Assembly: GCA_018830885.1 (NCBI GenBank)
Contig: JAHJRI010000078.1
Coordinates: forward strand, 4,144 to 68,143
DNA length: 64,000 bases
Origin: a bacterium
Lineage (GTDB): Bacteria > SAR324 > XYD2-FULL-50-16
Direction of reading: 5' to 3'
Numbering within the stretch: the first letter of the stretch is position 1; every line of letters starts with the position of its first letter. Below the pieces are notes generated by a model. The model was not told the origin of the DNA. It was given only the letters and a program-made list of their open reading frames with translations, and did no database searches. Below are positions 19,755 to 30,427 of the stretch, one piece after another. The position numbers were made by a program, and so were the translations under genes.

Positions 19755-21467
19755 ATGAGTAAGGCCCGGGAGTGGGCTGCCAACGAGTATTTTGATACTG
19801 CATTTCGAGACGAAATTCAGCATCTGCTGGACGACAACGATGAAAGCGAGCTGATCGATCGGTTTTATAAGGATCTGGAATTCGGTACGGGCGGATTGCG
19901 GGGGATCCTGGGAGCCGGGTCCAACCGCATGAATATCTATACCGTTCGCAAAGCCAGCCAGGGTCTGGCCAACTACCTGCTCAAAAACAGTGTTCAACCG
20001 CCCAGCATAGCGATCGCTTACGACAGCCGGCGGTTTTCCGATCTCTTCAGCCGTGAAACGGCCTGTGTGTTTGCGGCAAACGGCATCCAGGTTCATCTTT
20101 ACAAAAAGCTGCGTCCGGTGCCGATGCTCTCTTTTGCGGTTCGTGAACTGGGAACAACGGCCGGGGTCGTGGTGACCGCCAGCCACAATCCGGCAGAATA
20201 CAATGGTTACAAGGTATACTGGTCCGATGGGTGCCAGGTCACGCCACCCCATGACGAAGGTATCATCGATGAGGTCAACTGGATTAAGGATTTTACAGCC
20301 GTCAAATGGATGACTTTTGAAGCAGCCCTTGAGCAGGAACGGGTGTGGTTTATTCCCGACAGCGTCGAGGAGGCCTATTTTACAAAAGTGGAAGCCCTTG
20401 CCATGAGGCCGCGGGAAGGTAATCGGGATATCGGCATCGTCTACACCCCTCTTCATGGGACGGGGAACTACCCCGTCAGGGAGATCTTACGGCGGCGCGG
20501 TTTTGAGAAGGTTCGCGTGGTCAAAGCACAGGAGGAACCGGACGGCGCATTTTCCACCGTCACATCTCCCAATCCGGAAGATCCCAGTGCGCTGAAACTG
20601 GCGTTGGAAACCGTCGGTGACAATGATCACCTGATTGTGGGAACAGATCCGGATGCAGACCGTATCGGCGTGATGATCCGGCATAAAAACGAATGGATCA
20701 AAATCAATGGCAACCAGATCGGTCAGCTGCTACTCGCCTATTATCTTGAGAAACTCCGTGAACAGAAAAAACTGCCTGACAACGGCGTCTATATCACCAC
20801 CATCGTGACATCCGACCTGGGTCGGGAGATCGCTGACAGCTACGGTGTCCAATCCCGGGAAACCCTGACCGGATTTAAATATATCGGTTCCGTCATTCGG
20901 GAACTGGAGGAGACAGGGACCGGTAAGTTCATCTTCGGAACTGAAGAGAGTCATGGCTACCTGTTTGACGACTTTGTCCGGGACAAAGACGGGGTCATCG
21001 CCACCATGATTTTTTGTGAACTGTGCGCCGAGCTACATCAAAAAGGGATGTCGGTCATTGATCAACTGGTGGCCATCCACAGCCGATACAGCTTCCACAC
21101 GGATTCCCTCATAAACAAGGTGATCAAGGGACATGAAGGTGCCGCAAAGATCGCACAGATTATGGAGTCACTGCGAAACCATCCGCCGGCAGAGATCGCC
21201 GGTACCAAAGTGATGACAGTCAGGGACTACCTGAAGGGGGAAATTCTGGATCGCCGCACCGGAAAGGTGACCGGTCAAACCAGACAACCACAATCGAATG
21301 TGCTGGCTTTTTATATGGCCGATGGCAGCCGCATTACCGCCCGGCCATCTGGGACGGAACCGAAAATAAAATTCTATTTCAACCTGAAAGGCACCGATGA
21401 AGCGGCGCTGAAAAGGACAAAATCTGCATACGAAACAGATTTCTGCAAGCTGGTTGATGGCATTTGA
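19755..21467 (+). CDS. pgm: Phosphoglucomutase/phosphomannomutase
   Basis: FGTGGLRG, TASHNP, DPDADR, EESHG, RPSGTEPK; start could also be 19740. Confidence 0.93.
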   Translation: MSKAREWAANEYFDTAFRDEIQHLLDDNDESELIDRFYKDLEFGTGGLRGILGAGSNRMNIYTVRKASQGLANYLLKNSVQPPSIAIAYDSRRFSDLFSRETACVFAANGIQVHLYKKLRPVPMLSFAVRELGTTAGVVVTASHNPAEYNGYKVYWSDGCQVTPPHDEGIIDEVNWIKDFTAVKWMTFEAALEQERVWFIPDSVEEAYFTKVEALAMRPREGNRDIGIVYTPLHGTGNYPVREILRRRGFEKVRVVKAQEEPDGAFSTVTSPNPEDPSALKLALETVGDNDHLIVGTDPDADRIGVMIRHKNEWIKINGNQIGQLLLAYYLEKLREQKKLPDNGVYITTIVTSDLGREIADSYGVQSRETLTGFKYIGSVIRELEETGTGKFIFGTEESHGYLFDDFVRDKDGVIATMIFCELCAELHQKGMSVIDQLVAIHSRYSFHTDSLINKVIKGHEGAAKIAQIMESLRNHPPAEIAGTKVMTVRDYLKGEILDRRTGKVTGQTRQPQSNVLAFYMADGSRITARPSGTEPKIKFYFNLKGTDEAALKRTKSAYETDFCKLVDGI

Positions 21468-21537
21468 ACCACCGTTCATCTTTTGAATTCAGACTCCGTC
21501 AGGAGCTATACGACCAACCCAAAACAAGGAGGGAGAT

Positions 21538-21756
21538 TTGGAACAAGCCGATCTGGAAATCATCGAAAAGCATGCAAAGGACAATAACAAGCTTGATCGC
21601 CTGTATAAGGAACATCTGAGACTTGAAGCAGAGATTGAGAAAATCCAGTCCATCCGCATCAAGAGTCACGATGAAGAGAAAAAGCTGAGGCAACTCAAAA
21701 AATTGAAGCTGGAGGGCCGTGATCAGATGGAGCTGATTTTCCAAACCTTGCGGTAA
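21538..21756 (+). CDS. DUF465/YdcH-like small coiled-coil protein
   Basis: LYKEH..LE...LKKLKL..RD pattern; TTG start with strong GGAGGGAG SD. Confidence 0.7.
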   Translation: MEQADLEIIEKHAKDNNKLDRLYKEHLRLEAEIEKIQSIRIKSHDEEKKLRQLKKLKLEGRDQMELIFQTLR

Positions 21757-21951
21757 GCGGGCCTTAAAACCCCGCAAAAAGCCTTTGCTTTTGTCAATAT
21801 GGGGATTGCCTGAATGATTCGATTCAGATACTTCTGAGACTTGGTCCCGGTATCCCGGCCGGAGGGCATCTCCATTCCGTTTCCGAAATACTGCGGTTAG
21901 TGGGGTAACCGGTCCGGTTCACCCGCTGAAAATCTGTCTCGATATCGTGGT

Positions 21952-22731
21952 ATGGTGGTTCAGGATATTTTCGTCGTTATATTGGGACTCGTGTTCGGGT
22001 CCTTCCTCTATACGATGACGCTGCGCCTCCAGCATCAGACCCCCGTCAGTCGCCGGTCATCCTGTGATCACTGTGCGGCAGTCATTGGCATCATCGGGCT
22101 GATACCGCTTGTGGGGTTTGTTGTTTCAAAAGGGAAGTGCAGAAACTGCGGCGGTTCTATATCCTGGGCATATCCTCTGACAGAGGTGCTGAATGCCGGG
22201 CTGGTGTATACGATTTTCCTCAGGACCGGCTGGCAGCTGGAATTCATCCATGCCTTCCTGATATTTGAATCGCTGTTGCTGATCGCATTTCTTGATTTCA
22301 GGACGCACTGCATCTATCCACAGCCGGTCATATTCGCCTTTCTGGTTCAATGTGTCTGGCTGGCCGGGGTCCGGAGCACCGATCTGTTGGACTCTCTGTT
22401 CGGGCTGTTTATGGGAGCGGGTGTATTTCACTGGATCGGCTATCTCTACCAGAACCTTCGCAGACGGGTCGGTCTGGGGGAAGGCGATGCAACCCTGCTC
22501 GGACTGATCGGATTTGCTTTCGGCTGGAATGTGCTTTTTGCCACCATTTTCTGGGCAGCCGTCTTCGGCATCCTCTTTGGGGGCACCCTGCTGCTGGTTC
22601 GACGGCAATCCTGGAAGGCCGAAATTGCGTTTGGCCCCTGGCTGGTGCTGGCGGCATATCTGATCTGGTATTTTCCGGATTTCTTCCAGAATGTACCATT
22701 TAAAACCGGGACCCAACTGATCCTGCGGTAA
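21952..22731 (+). CDS. pilD: Type IV prepilin peptidase
   Basis: GSF, CxxC...CxxC zinc site, LDF, GEGD, AFGPWL. Confidence 0.88.
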   Translation: MVVQDIFVVILGLVFGSFLYTMTLRLQHQTPVSRRSSCDHCAAVIGIIGLIPLVGFVVSKGKCRNCGGSISWAYPLTEVLNAGLVYTIFLRTGWQLEFIHAFLIFESLLLIAFLDFRTHCIYPQPVIFAFLVQCVWLAGVRSTDLLDSLFGLFMGAGVFHWIGYLYQNLRRRVGLGEGDATLLGLIGFAFGWNVLFATIFWAAVFGILFGGTLLLVRRQSWKAEIAFGPWLVLAAYLIWYFPDFFQNVPFKTGTQLILR

Positions 22732-22787
22732 GACCCGACCGTTGATAAAACTGATTTTAAAACAAACCACTTAACCCATTACCCATC

Positions 22788-23840
22788 ATGAGTGAGAGCA
22801 ACTTGAAAAAAAAGGATTTGGCCTGGGGCAGTCTGGGATTTGACTATATAAAAACCGATTATCGGTTTACCGCTACCAACAGGGACGGCAAGTGGTCTGA
22901 TGGAGAACTCATCACGGATGAGATCATGAGGATCCACGAAGGCTCTCCGGCACTGCACTATGCACAACAGTGTTTTGAAGGCTTGAAGGCACAGACCGCC
23001 AAAGACGGCAGTGTGCTGCTGTTCAGACCGGAATTGAACGCCGAACGTCTGCACATGACAGCCGAGCGTCTGATGATGCCACCGGTACCCAGGGAGCTGT
23101 TTCTGAAAGGTGTGGAAGAGACGGTACGGGCCAACTATGCCTGGATTCCGCCCTACGGATCGGGAGCATCACTCTATATCCGGCCCCTGCTGATTGGCGT
23201 CGGGGAGAACATGGGCCTGAGACCGGCCAAAGAGTACGATTTTCGCGTCATCGTTTCTCCGGTGGGCCCCTATTACAAAGGCGGAGGTATCTCGCTGATA
23301 TCACTTGCAGTCACAGAATTTGACCGGGCTGCCCCCCTGGGCACAGGAAAATTCAAGGCAGGTGCCAACTATGCGGGCGGTTTACTCTCGACCCAGACGG
23401 CCAAGGACATGGGAGCGAATGAAGCACTTTACCTGGACTCTGCCCAGCGCAAGTATCTGGATGAAGCGGGGTCGGCCAATATCCTGCTGGCAATGACCGG
23501 CAACCGGTTTGTCACCCCACGGTCCAATGCGATTCTTCCCAGCGTCACGCGCCGCTCCATCATGACGCTGGCCAAAGATGAATTGAAAATGACGATTGAA
23601 GAACGACCCGTCGCCATCAGAGAAGAGATGGCCGAGATCGAAGAAATGGCAGCCTGTGGAACCGCAGCGGTTATCTCTCCGGTCGGTAAGATCTGGATCG
23701 ATGGGCAGTGGCATCTATTTTATGGAAACGGCGAAAAGGTGGGCCCCGTCATGAAACGCCTGTATGACTCGCTGACCCAGATACAAAAGGGGGAGAAAGC
23801 AGACCCCTTTGGATGGACAACAAAGGTCAACATTGGTTAA
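22788..23840 (+). CDS. ilvE: Branched-chain amino acid aminotransferase
   Basis: LHYAQQCFEGLKA, LYIRP, KAGANY, ILPSVTR, GTAAVISP. Confidence 0.95.
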   Translation: MSESNLKKKDLAWGSLGFDYIKTDYRFTATNRDGKWSDGELITDEIMRIHEGSPALHYAQQCFEGLKAQTAKDGSVLLFRPELNAERLHMTAERLMMPPVPRELFLKGVEETVRANYAWIPPYGSGASLYIRPLLIGVGENMGLRPAKEYDFRVIVSPVGPYYKGGGISLISLAVTEFDRAAPLGTGKFKAGANYAGGLLSTQTAKDMGANEALYLDSAQRKYLDEAGSANILLAMTGNRFVTPRSNAILPSVTRRSIMTLAKDELKMTIEERPVAIREEMAEIEEMAACGTAAVISPVGKIWIDGQWHLFYGNGEKVGPVMKRLYDSLTQIQKGEKADPFGWTTKVNIG

Positions 23841-23942
23841 TCCGTCCGGGATACCGATCCGCCCCGAACTCTCCCGGGAGAGGGGGCAGATCCTGAAAAT
23901 GGGAGCACCGCCGCTCCCTGTTCATGATTGGAAATTAGAACG

Positions 23943-24584
23943 ATGACAGCACTTTTCGGAATTTTAATCACCTCCTTTATCATTGCGCTCTCGGGCGCTC
24001 TGATGCCGGGTCCGTTTCTGACAGCGACCATCAGTGAAAGCGCCAGAAAGGGATTTTCCGCAGGTCCCCTGATGATTATCGGTCACGGGATTCTGGAGCT
24101 GCTGCTGGTGGTGGCTTTGATGCTGGGGCTCGCCCCTTTCCTGAAAAACGATACCGTTTTTGGGGCCATTGCCGTTTCCGGTGCTTTTATCCTGCTCTGG
24201 ATGGCTTTCGGGATGTTCCGGTCACTGCCAACCCTGCAGATGGTGACAAAAACGGAGGATGCCCGTCGCGGCGGGCTGATCATGACCGGAATCCTGATGA
24301 GTGTCGCCAACCCCTATTGGGCCATCTGGTGGGCAACGATCGGCCTGGGATACATTGTTCACAGCCAGGGTTTTGGTTTTATCGGTGTGCTCTTGTTTTT
24401 CGTTGGCCATATTCTGGCAGATCTGGTCTGGTACTCCGCTGTTTCCTTTTCCATATCCAGGGGCAAATCATTTCTCAGCATACCACTGTATCGCAGTGTC
24501 ATTGGTGTGTGTGCCTGTTTTCTGGTCGTGATGGCCGTCTATTTCGGTTATTCCGGTTTTGAAAAATTTGCGGTGATCAACTGA
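23943..24584 (+). CDS. LysE family exporter
   Basis: SGALMPGP, GHGILE, ANPYWAIWW; about 6 TM segments. Confidence 0.85.
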   Translation: MTALFGILITSFIIALSGALMPGPFLTATISESARKGFSAGPLMIIGHGILELLLVVALMLGLAPFLKNDTVFGAIAVSGAFILLWMAFGMFRSLPTLQMVTKTEDARRGGLIMTGILMSVANPYWAIWWATIGLGYIVHSQGFGFIGVLLFFVGHILADLVWYSAVSFSISRGKSFLSIPLYRSVIGVCACFLVVMAVYFGYSGFEKFAVIN

Positions 24585-24658
24585 GGGACCACGGGTCGCG
24601 AAGCCGATTGCGCCAATCAATTTAACCAGGACCCATCTTCCGAGGGGATGGTTTTTCC

Positions 24659-24868
24659 ATGGAAAAACAAGATACCAAGCTGACCGTTAAATGCCCTACT
24701 TGCCGTCAACCCGCAGCCTGGCAGGGCAATGCGTTTCGTCCTTTCTGCAGCGAGCGATGCAAGCTGATCGATCTGGGCAACTGGGCAGAGGGCCGTTACA
24801 ATATCGAAAGTATCGAACCGCCTGACTTTCCCGAGGACGACACGGACGGAACCCTTCCCGAAAACTGA
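24659..24868 (+). CDS. yacG: DNA gyrase inhibitor YacG
   Basis: CPTC...RPFCSERCKLIDLGNW. Confidence 0.92.
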   Translation: MEKQDTKLTVKCPTCRQPAAWQGNAFRPFCSERCKLIDLGNWAEGRYNIESIEPPDFPEDDTDGTLPEN

Positions 24869-24869
24869 T

Positions 24870-26798
24870 ATGACAGGGAGACAGTTGCTGTTCCGGATGG
24901 CGATCTTGCTGGGCATGGTTCTCCTGGCACCGGGACTCAATGCAACAGAGCCTTTTAAATCCCAGATCCCCGGGGTGGAAGAGAATCCCGTTGACTTTCA
25001 GGCCCGTCTGGTTCCACCCGACGTCCGATCAGCAGAAAAGGTCCGGCTGGTTGTTGAATCCCGTCTGAAACCGGGTTGGCATATTTACTCCGTGATCCGG
25101 TCAGAGGATCCCGATGCCCCCCCGCCGACCCGTCTTGATGTCCATGCCGGTCTGCTGACCGAAGATGGACCGGTCTATGAAACACCCCCTGAAACTGAAT
25201 TCATCCCTGTCCTGGGAATGAAGATCGATTATCACTCCGGGCAGGCTTTCTTTTATCAGAATCTACAGGTGGTCAAGGACGCCGCGCCCGCATCCCGTTC
25301 CCTGACAGCCGATCTGACCTATCAGCTGTGCACCGCTGCCATCTGCCTGCCACCAAAAACAGAAACATTCACAGTTGCCTACCGGATCGACCCGGGGGAG
25401 GCCAGAACCGCCTTTCTTCATCCCGATCGAACCATCAATACGCTGCCGGGAAAAGGAGACCGCAACGTCCTGGCGGAGTTTCAGGCAAGTGGTTTCTGGG
25501 CTTTTATCGCGCTGGCTGCGCTGATGGGACTGGTCTCACTCCTGACCCCCTGTGTATTTCCCATGATTCCCATCACGGTCACCTATTTTTCCAAACAGGC
25601 CGAAGGAAAGCAGTCTCGTGTCATCAAACTGGCAACCCTGTTCGCACTGGGGATCATCTTCACCTATACGGCTGTCGGGCTGCTGCTGTCAGGGCTGTTC
25701 GGGGCTGGCAGCGCCCTGCTGCTGGCGTCCAATCCGATAATCAACCTGATCATCGGTATTGTGTTTATCCTGTTTGCCCTGAGTCTGATGGGTCTGTTCG
25801 AAATATCCCTGCCGGCCGGGCTGGAATCCTTTTTCGACCGGAAATCGCGATCTCTGGGGGGTATTGCAGGGGTGTTGCTCATGGGGTTTACCTTTACCCT
25901 GACCGCATTTACCTGCACGGTCCAATTCGTGGGAACCATGCTGATTGCCGCCGCCCAGGGAGAATGGATCTGGCCGCTGCTGGGGATGCTGGTTTTCTCG
26001 ACAGTCTTTTCCCTGCCCTTTTTTCTGCTCGCCATCGCCCCCAGCCTGGTCAGGCAGATCCAGGGACGATCCGGGGCCTGGCTGGGCAGAAGCAAGACGG
26101 TCCTGGGAATACTGGAAATGATGGCCTCGATCAAGTTTCTTTCCAACGCTGACCTGGTCTGGCAGACAGAGCTCCTGCCCCGAAATACCGCCATCGGCGT
26201 CTGGACTGCCCTGCTGCTGGCGATTGTGATCTACCTGATATGGACCGGTATCCGGCCAGTCCTGAACCGATCCCCCATCCAGTGGGCCGCCGTGGCCTTC
26301 TTTCTCTCCCTGACGATTCTTGTCAGCAGGGGCTGGAACGACCGTTCTCTGGGAAGCCTGGTTGATTCCGTCCTGCCGCCAGCCAGTGGTCTGCACCAGA
26401 CAGCAGGTGAGATGGTTTCCGCGGAAGAGATCCGGGAGCTGCAGTGGCTGGATTCCTACAGCGAGGCCCTGAAGCTGGCACAGCGGGACAAGCGGCCCAT
26501 ACTCCTGGAGTTCACAGGCTATACCTGCGTCAATTGCCGCTGGATGGAGCAGAATATCCTGGCCCGCAAAAAGATCCATTACCACATTCGAGACGGATTT
26601 ATTCCGGTGCGACTCTATACCGACGGCGGGAAAAACGCCCAGAAAAACCTGGATTTCCAAATCGACCGGTTTCAGACGGTCGCCCTGCCCTTTTATGCCA
26701 TCCTCAGCCCCGACGGCCACCTCATCCGCAAACAAAACGGTATTACCCTGAATCCAAAAGCGTTCGAGCAGTTTCTGACCCTCAAACAAACAGAGTGA
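24870..26798 (+). CDS. dsbD: DsbD-type thiol:disulfide interchange protein
   Basis: N-domain GWHIYS and QLC...ICLP; TM domain TPCVFPMIP and FTCT; thioredoxin CVNC. Confidence 0.9.
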   Translation: MTGRQLLFRMAILLGMVLLAPGLNATEPFKSQIPGVEENPVDFQARLVPPDVRSAEKVRLVVESRLKPGWHIYSVIRSEDPDAPPPTRLDVHAGLLTEDGPVYETPPETEFIPVLGMKIDYHSGQAFFYQNLQVVKDAAPASRSLTADLTYQLCTAAICLPPKTETFTVAYRIDPGEARTAFLHPDRTINTLPGKGDRNVLAEFQASGFWAFIALAALMGLVSLLTPCVFPMIPITVTYFSKQAEGKQSRVIKLATLFALGIIFTYTAVGLLLSGLFGAGSALLLASNPIINLIIGIVFILFALSLMGLFEISLPAGLESFFDRKSRSLGGIAGVLLMGFTFTLTAFTCTVQFVGTMLIAAAQGEWIWPLLGMLVFSTVFSLPFFLLAIAPSLVRQIQGRSGAWLGRSKTVLGILEMMASIKFLSNADLVWQTELLPRNTAIGVWTALLLAIVIYLIWTGIRPVLNRSPIQWAAVAFFLSLTILVSRGWNDRSLGSLVDSVLPPASGLHQTAGEMVSAEEIRELQWLDSYSEALKLAQRDKRPILLEFTGYTCVNCRWMEQNILARKKIHYHIRDGFIPVRLYTDGGKNAQKNLDFQIDRFQTVALPFYAILSPDGHLIRKQNGITLNPKAFEQFLTLKQTE

Positions 26799-26901
26799 TC
26801 CCGCCTCATTGAAAAACGGATCGCGTACTGCGTTCCAGCGTCTGCCCTCTCTCCACATTTCCCTTGGCAACCAGACTGCCTTCAGAGTATATTTCTTTTA
26901 T

Positions 26902-26914
26902 CGAATACTATTCG
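26902..26914. promoter_or_regulatory. Palindromic operator candidate upstream of the SDR gene
   Basis: CGAATA-C-TATTCG just downstream of TATATT (26888-26893). Confidence 0.45.
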
Positions 26915-26958
26915 TTTTCAAGCGGGTAAAGTTTGTTTAATTTTCAAAAGGGGAAGCC

Positions 26959-27795
26959 ATGTATCTCGAACTCAAGAACAAAACAGCACTGGTGACTGGA
27001 TCCGGAAAAAAAACAGGTATCGGATATGCGATAGCGGAAAAATTTGCAAAGAACGGAACCCATGTAATCATCGCCGATCTGAACCGGCAGAAGCCGGATG
27101 ATGGCGGGGTCAGGACAGCAACCTCAGAAGAGTCGCTGGAGATCGCCGCTGATTTGAGTCAGCGTTACGGAATCCGGACACTGGCCGTGGATGTGGATGT
27201 GACAAATAACGCTTCCATCGCCAGAATGGTGGAGACAATCAGCGGATCATTCGACTCTGTTGATGTGTTGTGTAATAACGCCGGGGCTACATTCGGGGTT
27301 CCCAATGCGGTGCATACCTATGATGAAGAGGCCTGGATGAAAACCATTGATGTGAATCTGCACAGTGTTTTCAAGGTTTCCCGGGCGGTGCTGCCCCTGA
27401 TGATGAAAAAAGGCGGCACCATTATCAACACCGCTTCCCGGGCTGGTAAGGTGCCCCCTCTGTTCAACGGGGCCTATGCTGTGGCAAAGGCCGGTGTCAT
27501 CATGCTGACCAAGGTGATGGCTCGGGAATTGGCCGGTAACAACATCCGCATCAATGCTGTCTGTCCCGGTCAGATTATGACAGACCTGGAAAAGTGGCGC
27601 TTCGGTCTTGAAGCACAATTCTTTAACACCACCATAGAGGAACGCCAGGCTGAGATGTGCAAAACCATACCCCTCAACCGGATCGGCGAACCTGAAGAAG
27701 TTGCGAAGCTGGTTGTCTACCTGGCTTCGGATGAATCGTCCTACATGACCGGTCAGGCAGTCAACGTGACCGGGGGTCAGTTGATGGAATTGTAG
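26959..27795 (+). CDS. Short-chain dehydrogenase/reductase
   Basis: TGSGxxxGIG, NNAG, YAVAK, NAVCPG. Confidence 0.93.
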   Translation: MYLELKNKTALVTGSGKKTGIGYAIAEKFAKNGTHVIIADLNRQKPDDGGVRTATSEESLEIAADLSQRYGIRTLAVDVDVTNNASIARMVETISGSFDSVDVLCNNAGATFGVPNAVHTYDEEAWMKTIDVNLHSVFKVSRAVLPLMMKKGGTIINTASRAGKVPPLFNGAYAVAKAGVIMLTKVMARELAGNNIRINAVCPGQIMTDLEKWRFGLEAQFFNTTIEERQAEMCKTIPLNRIGEPEEVAKLVVYLASDESSYMTGQAVNVTGGQLMEL

Positions 27796-27800
27796 CCGGG

Positions 27801-28109
27801 TTATTCCTTCTTCACATCGGCTGCCATTTCGTCCTGCACAATGATCATATCCTTGTTGGCTTCAAAGGTTTTGGAGCCGACACCCTGCACTTTCATGATC
27901 TCATCTGGCGCCTTAAACCCGCCGACTTTTTCCCGATATTCAACAATTCGCGCCGCATAGGTTGGCCCGATTCGTTTCAGTTGACACAGCTGTTTTTCAT
28001 CAGCGGTATTGATGTTAATCTTACCCTGATCAGCAAACACAGGCATACCCATCAAAAACAGCAAGCCAAGCAAAAGGTGGATTCCTTTTTTCAATGTTCT
28101 GATTCGCAT
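27801..28109 (-). CDS. comEA: ComEA-like helix-hairpin-helix DNA-binding protein
   Basis: Signal peptide; ININTA, LKRIGP, VQGVG. Confidence 0.85.
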   Translation of the reverse strand: MRIRTLKKGIHLLLGLLFLMGMPVFADQGKININTADEKQLCQLKRIGPTYAARIVEYREKVGGFKAPDEIMKVQGVGSKTFEANKDMIIVQDEMAADVKKE

Positions 28110-28518
28110 GGTCTCCTCTTTTTCTGAAGTTAAAGAACAATGAGTACTCCTGGGGAAAATTTTTCCAATCTGCCATTGGAAAAAGCGGGTCTACTGTTTC
28201 AGAATTCGGTTCCAAAGTCAACAAAATCCTAAATTGGATGTCAAACAGCAAATAGTGAGCAACGAGGTGACCGTGGATTTCTTCCGTCAACAGGAATTCC
28301 GGAGTGAACAGCTCATTGTTCAATCAAAACCGGAAAATTCATCCTTTTTTGAAAACCTGAAATCCCATTGAAGTCACGGATATCAATAATCCATTGCAAA
28401 AAGAATCAAAATCGATAGAATCAGCTGACGTCAAAAACGTTTTTTCTTAATTTGGAAATCCAGAGATCTGGTTGTTCCAGATTCATTTCCCACTGAAAAA
28501 CAAACCAAGGAGAACAGG

Positions 28519-29142
28519 ATGAATCACCCGGAAGCCACCCAGGCGGCACTCAATCTATTGCGCAGCGGAGAACCGTTTCAATGGTATGTCATTACCCTGC
28601 TGGCACTGGTGATGTATGTGTATTTCAATGAGGTCTCCAAAGGGAACTGGAAGAACATCGCTGCCGGCCTGTCGTTGTATATGGTCCACTGGTTTTTTGA
28701 GATCATGAACGGCCTGATCCAGCACTTCAGCGGACATGCCCTCTGGACCGTACCGACAGGAACGGCATTTCTGCTGCTGGTAGGGGTTGGGGTTGAACTC
28801 AGCCTGATGTTTTCCGTTGCCGGGCTGATCTTCAGCAAAATTCTGCCGGCAGACCCCAGCATGAAAATCCTCGGTATCAATAACCGGCTGGTGATAGCGG
28901 TTGGAAACGCTGCATTTTTTTCCATCTTCGAGATATTCCTGGCAAAGACGCCGGCATTTGTCTGGGTCTATCCCTGGTGGGGATCCCTGCCCGTGTTCAT
29001 TTCGGTCTACATCCCCTTCTTTGTCATTTCGATGTTCAGCTATGATTGGCAGCCGAGGACACAAATCCGGGTGATTGGGACGCTGTTTGCGATCAATGCC
29101 GGGATGCTGGTTGTTTTTGCAGGAATGCTGAGCTGGATATAG
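28519..29142 (+). CDS. Uncharacterised integral membrane protein
   Basis: 207 aa, about 6 hydrophobic segments, AGGAG SD; no family recognised. Confidence 0.75.
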   Translation: MNHPEATQAALNLLRSGEPFQWYVITLLALVMYVYFNEVSKGNWKNIAAGLSLYMVHWFFEIMNGLIQHFSGHALWTVPTGTAFLLLVGVGVELSLMFSVAGLIFSKILPADPSMKILGINNRLVIAVGNAAFFSIFEIFLAKTPAFVWVYPWWGSLPVFISVYIPFFVISMFSYDWQPRTQIRVIGTLFAINAGMLVVFAGMLSWI

Positions 29143-29556
29143 GGGAATTCGCAACCGCGGCTATCGAAATCAGCACCCCCTGGTTTTCATTCCCATGCGG
29201 CCATGTGATGGCCAGGTGTCCTGACACAACCGTCCCACACCCGGCACCGGCTAGCACCGGGCATCCGGTTTTCTTTTGTCCCCCATGGAGATCGGCCCTG
29301 GTGTCATTCTTCTGGGCGGGCAGCGGGACATCAGCCTTTACCGTCGCAGGTAACTGCGGGATTCTCTATGGGAACGCGCAAAATTCCCAAAACGGGCAGG
29401 GCTCATTCCGAGTGACGCAACCCGAGAAAGAGTTCCGTTTTTTAAAGGCCTCTGGTAAGATGAAATATAAAAGATATCGGGTTTGTTATTGGCCGGGCTC
29501 AGGATGAACCTCAGCCAGGCTATGAACTGCACCTGGTCCAAGCACGAAGGGATGGA

Positions 29557-30372
29557 ATGAACCGACCGAGAATATTTTTGAGCAATGATGACGGGATTGA
29601 ATCCCCGGGCTTGCTGGCCGCAGTGGAAGCGGTCATGGACCTGGGAGAGATTATCGTCGTGGCCCCGTCCACCCAGCAAACCGGCATGGGCAGAAGTCTG
29701 AAAGGGGACCGACAGAGCCGCCTGATTCCCTATGATCTGGGTATCAGCGGGCACGACATCCAGGCCTTTCACTTCGACTGTACACCGGCCATGGCAGTCC
29801 ATCATGGTCTGCTTGCGCTCTGCTCGGACCGCAAACCGGACCTGTTGATCAGTGGTATCAATTACGGAGAGAACATCGGCACCGGGATCACCGCCTCGGG
29901 AACCGTAGGTGCGGCCATGGAAGGAGCCGGTCTGGGGGTTCCTTCCATGGCCGTTTCCAAGGAGACCGCGCCCGGGGACTATCATGAGTATACGGACCAG
30001 GATTGGGTGGCGGCAGCCCATTTTACCCGGCAGTTTGCCAGCGTGATGCTGATGGAGAAGCTGCCCGCCGATGTGGACCTGCTGAAAATCGATGTGCCCA
30101 GGCAGGCCTCCCCCGCCACACCGTGGCGACTGACCCGTCTGTCCAGGGATCGTTACTGGCATACGTTTCTTGCGGATCCAGGTCCCCACAGCAAGGTCGA
30201 TGATGCCCAGGTAACGATTGATATCGATCACTCAAAACTGAACGTCCAATCCGATGTCTATGCCATTACCATTGACAGGATTGTCTCAGTAACGCCGTTG
30301 AGCCTGGATTTTACGAGTCGTACAGGATTCGAGCACATTCGCAGCCTTCTGTCAGCAGTCCGGGAGAACTGA
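29557..30372 (+). CDS. surE: 5'/3'-nucleotidase SurE
   Basis: SNDDG, VVAP, SGINYGEN, SGTVGAAMEG, SVTPL. Confidence 0.92.
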   Translation: MNRPRIFLSNDDGIESPGLLAAVEAVMDLGEIIVVAPSTQQTGMGRSLKGDRQSRLIPYDLGISGHDIQAFHFDCTPAMAVHHGLLALCSDRKPDLLISGINYGENIGTGITASGTVGAAMEGAGLGVPSMAVSKETAPGDYHEYTDQDWVAAAHFTRQFASVMLMEKLPADVDLLKIDVPRQASPATPWRLTRLSRDRYWHTFLADPGPHSKVDDAQVTIDIDHSKLNVQSDVYAITIDRIVSVTPLSLDFTSRTGFEHIRSLLSAVREN

Positions 30373-30427
30373 CCGCCCGTACCCTGCAGAGAAAACTTGG
30401 TACTTAACCCTAACCCCCATATTGACC

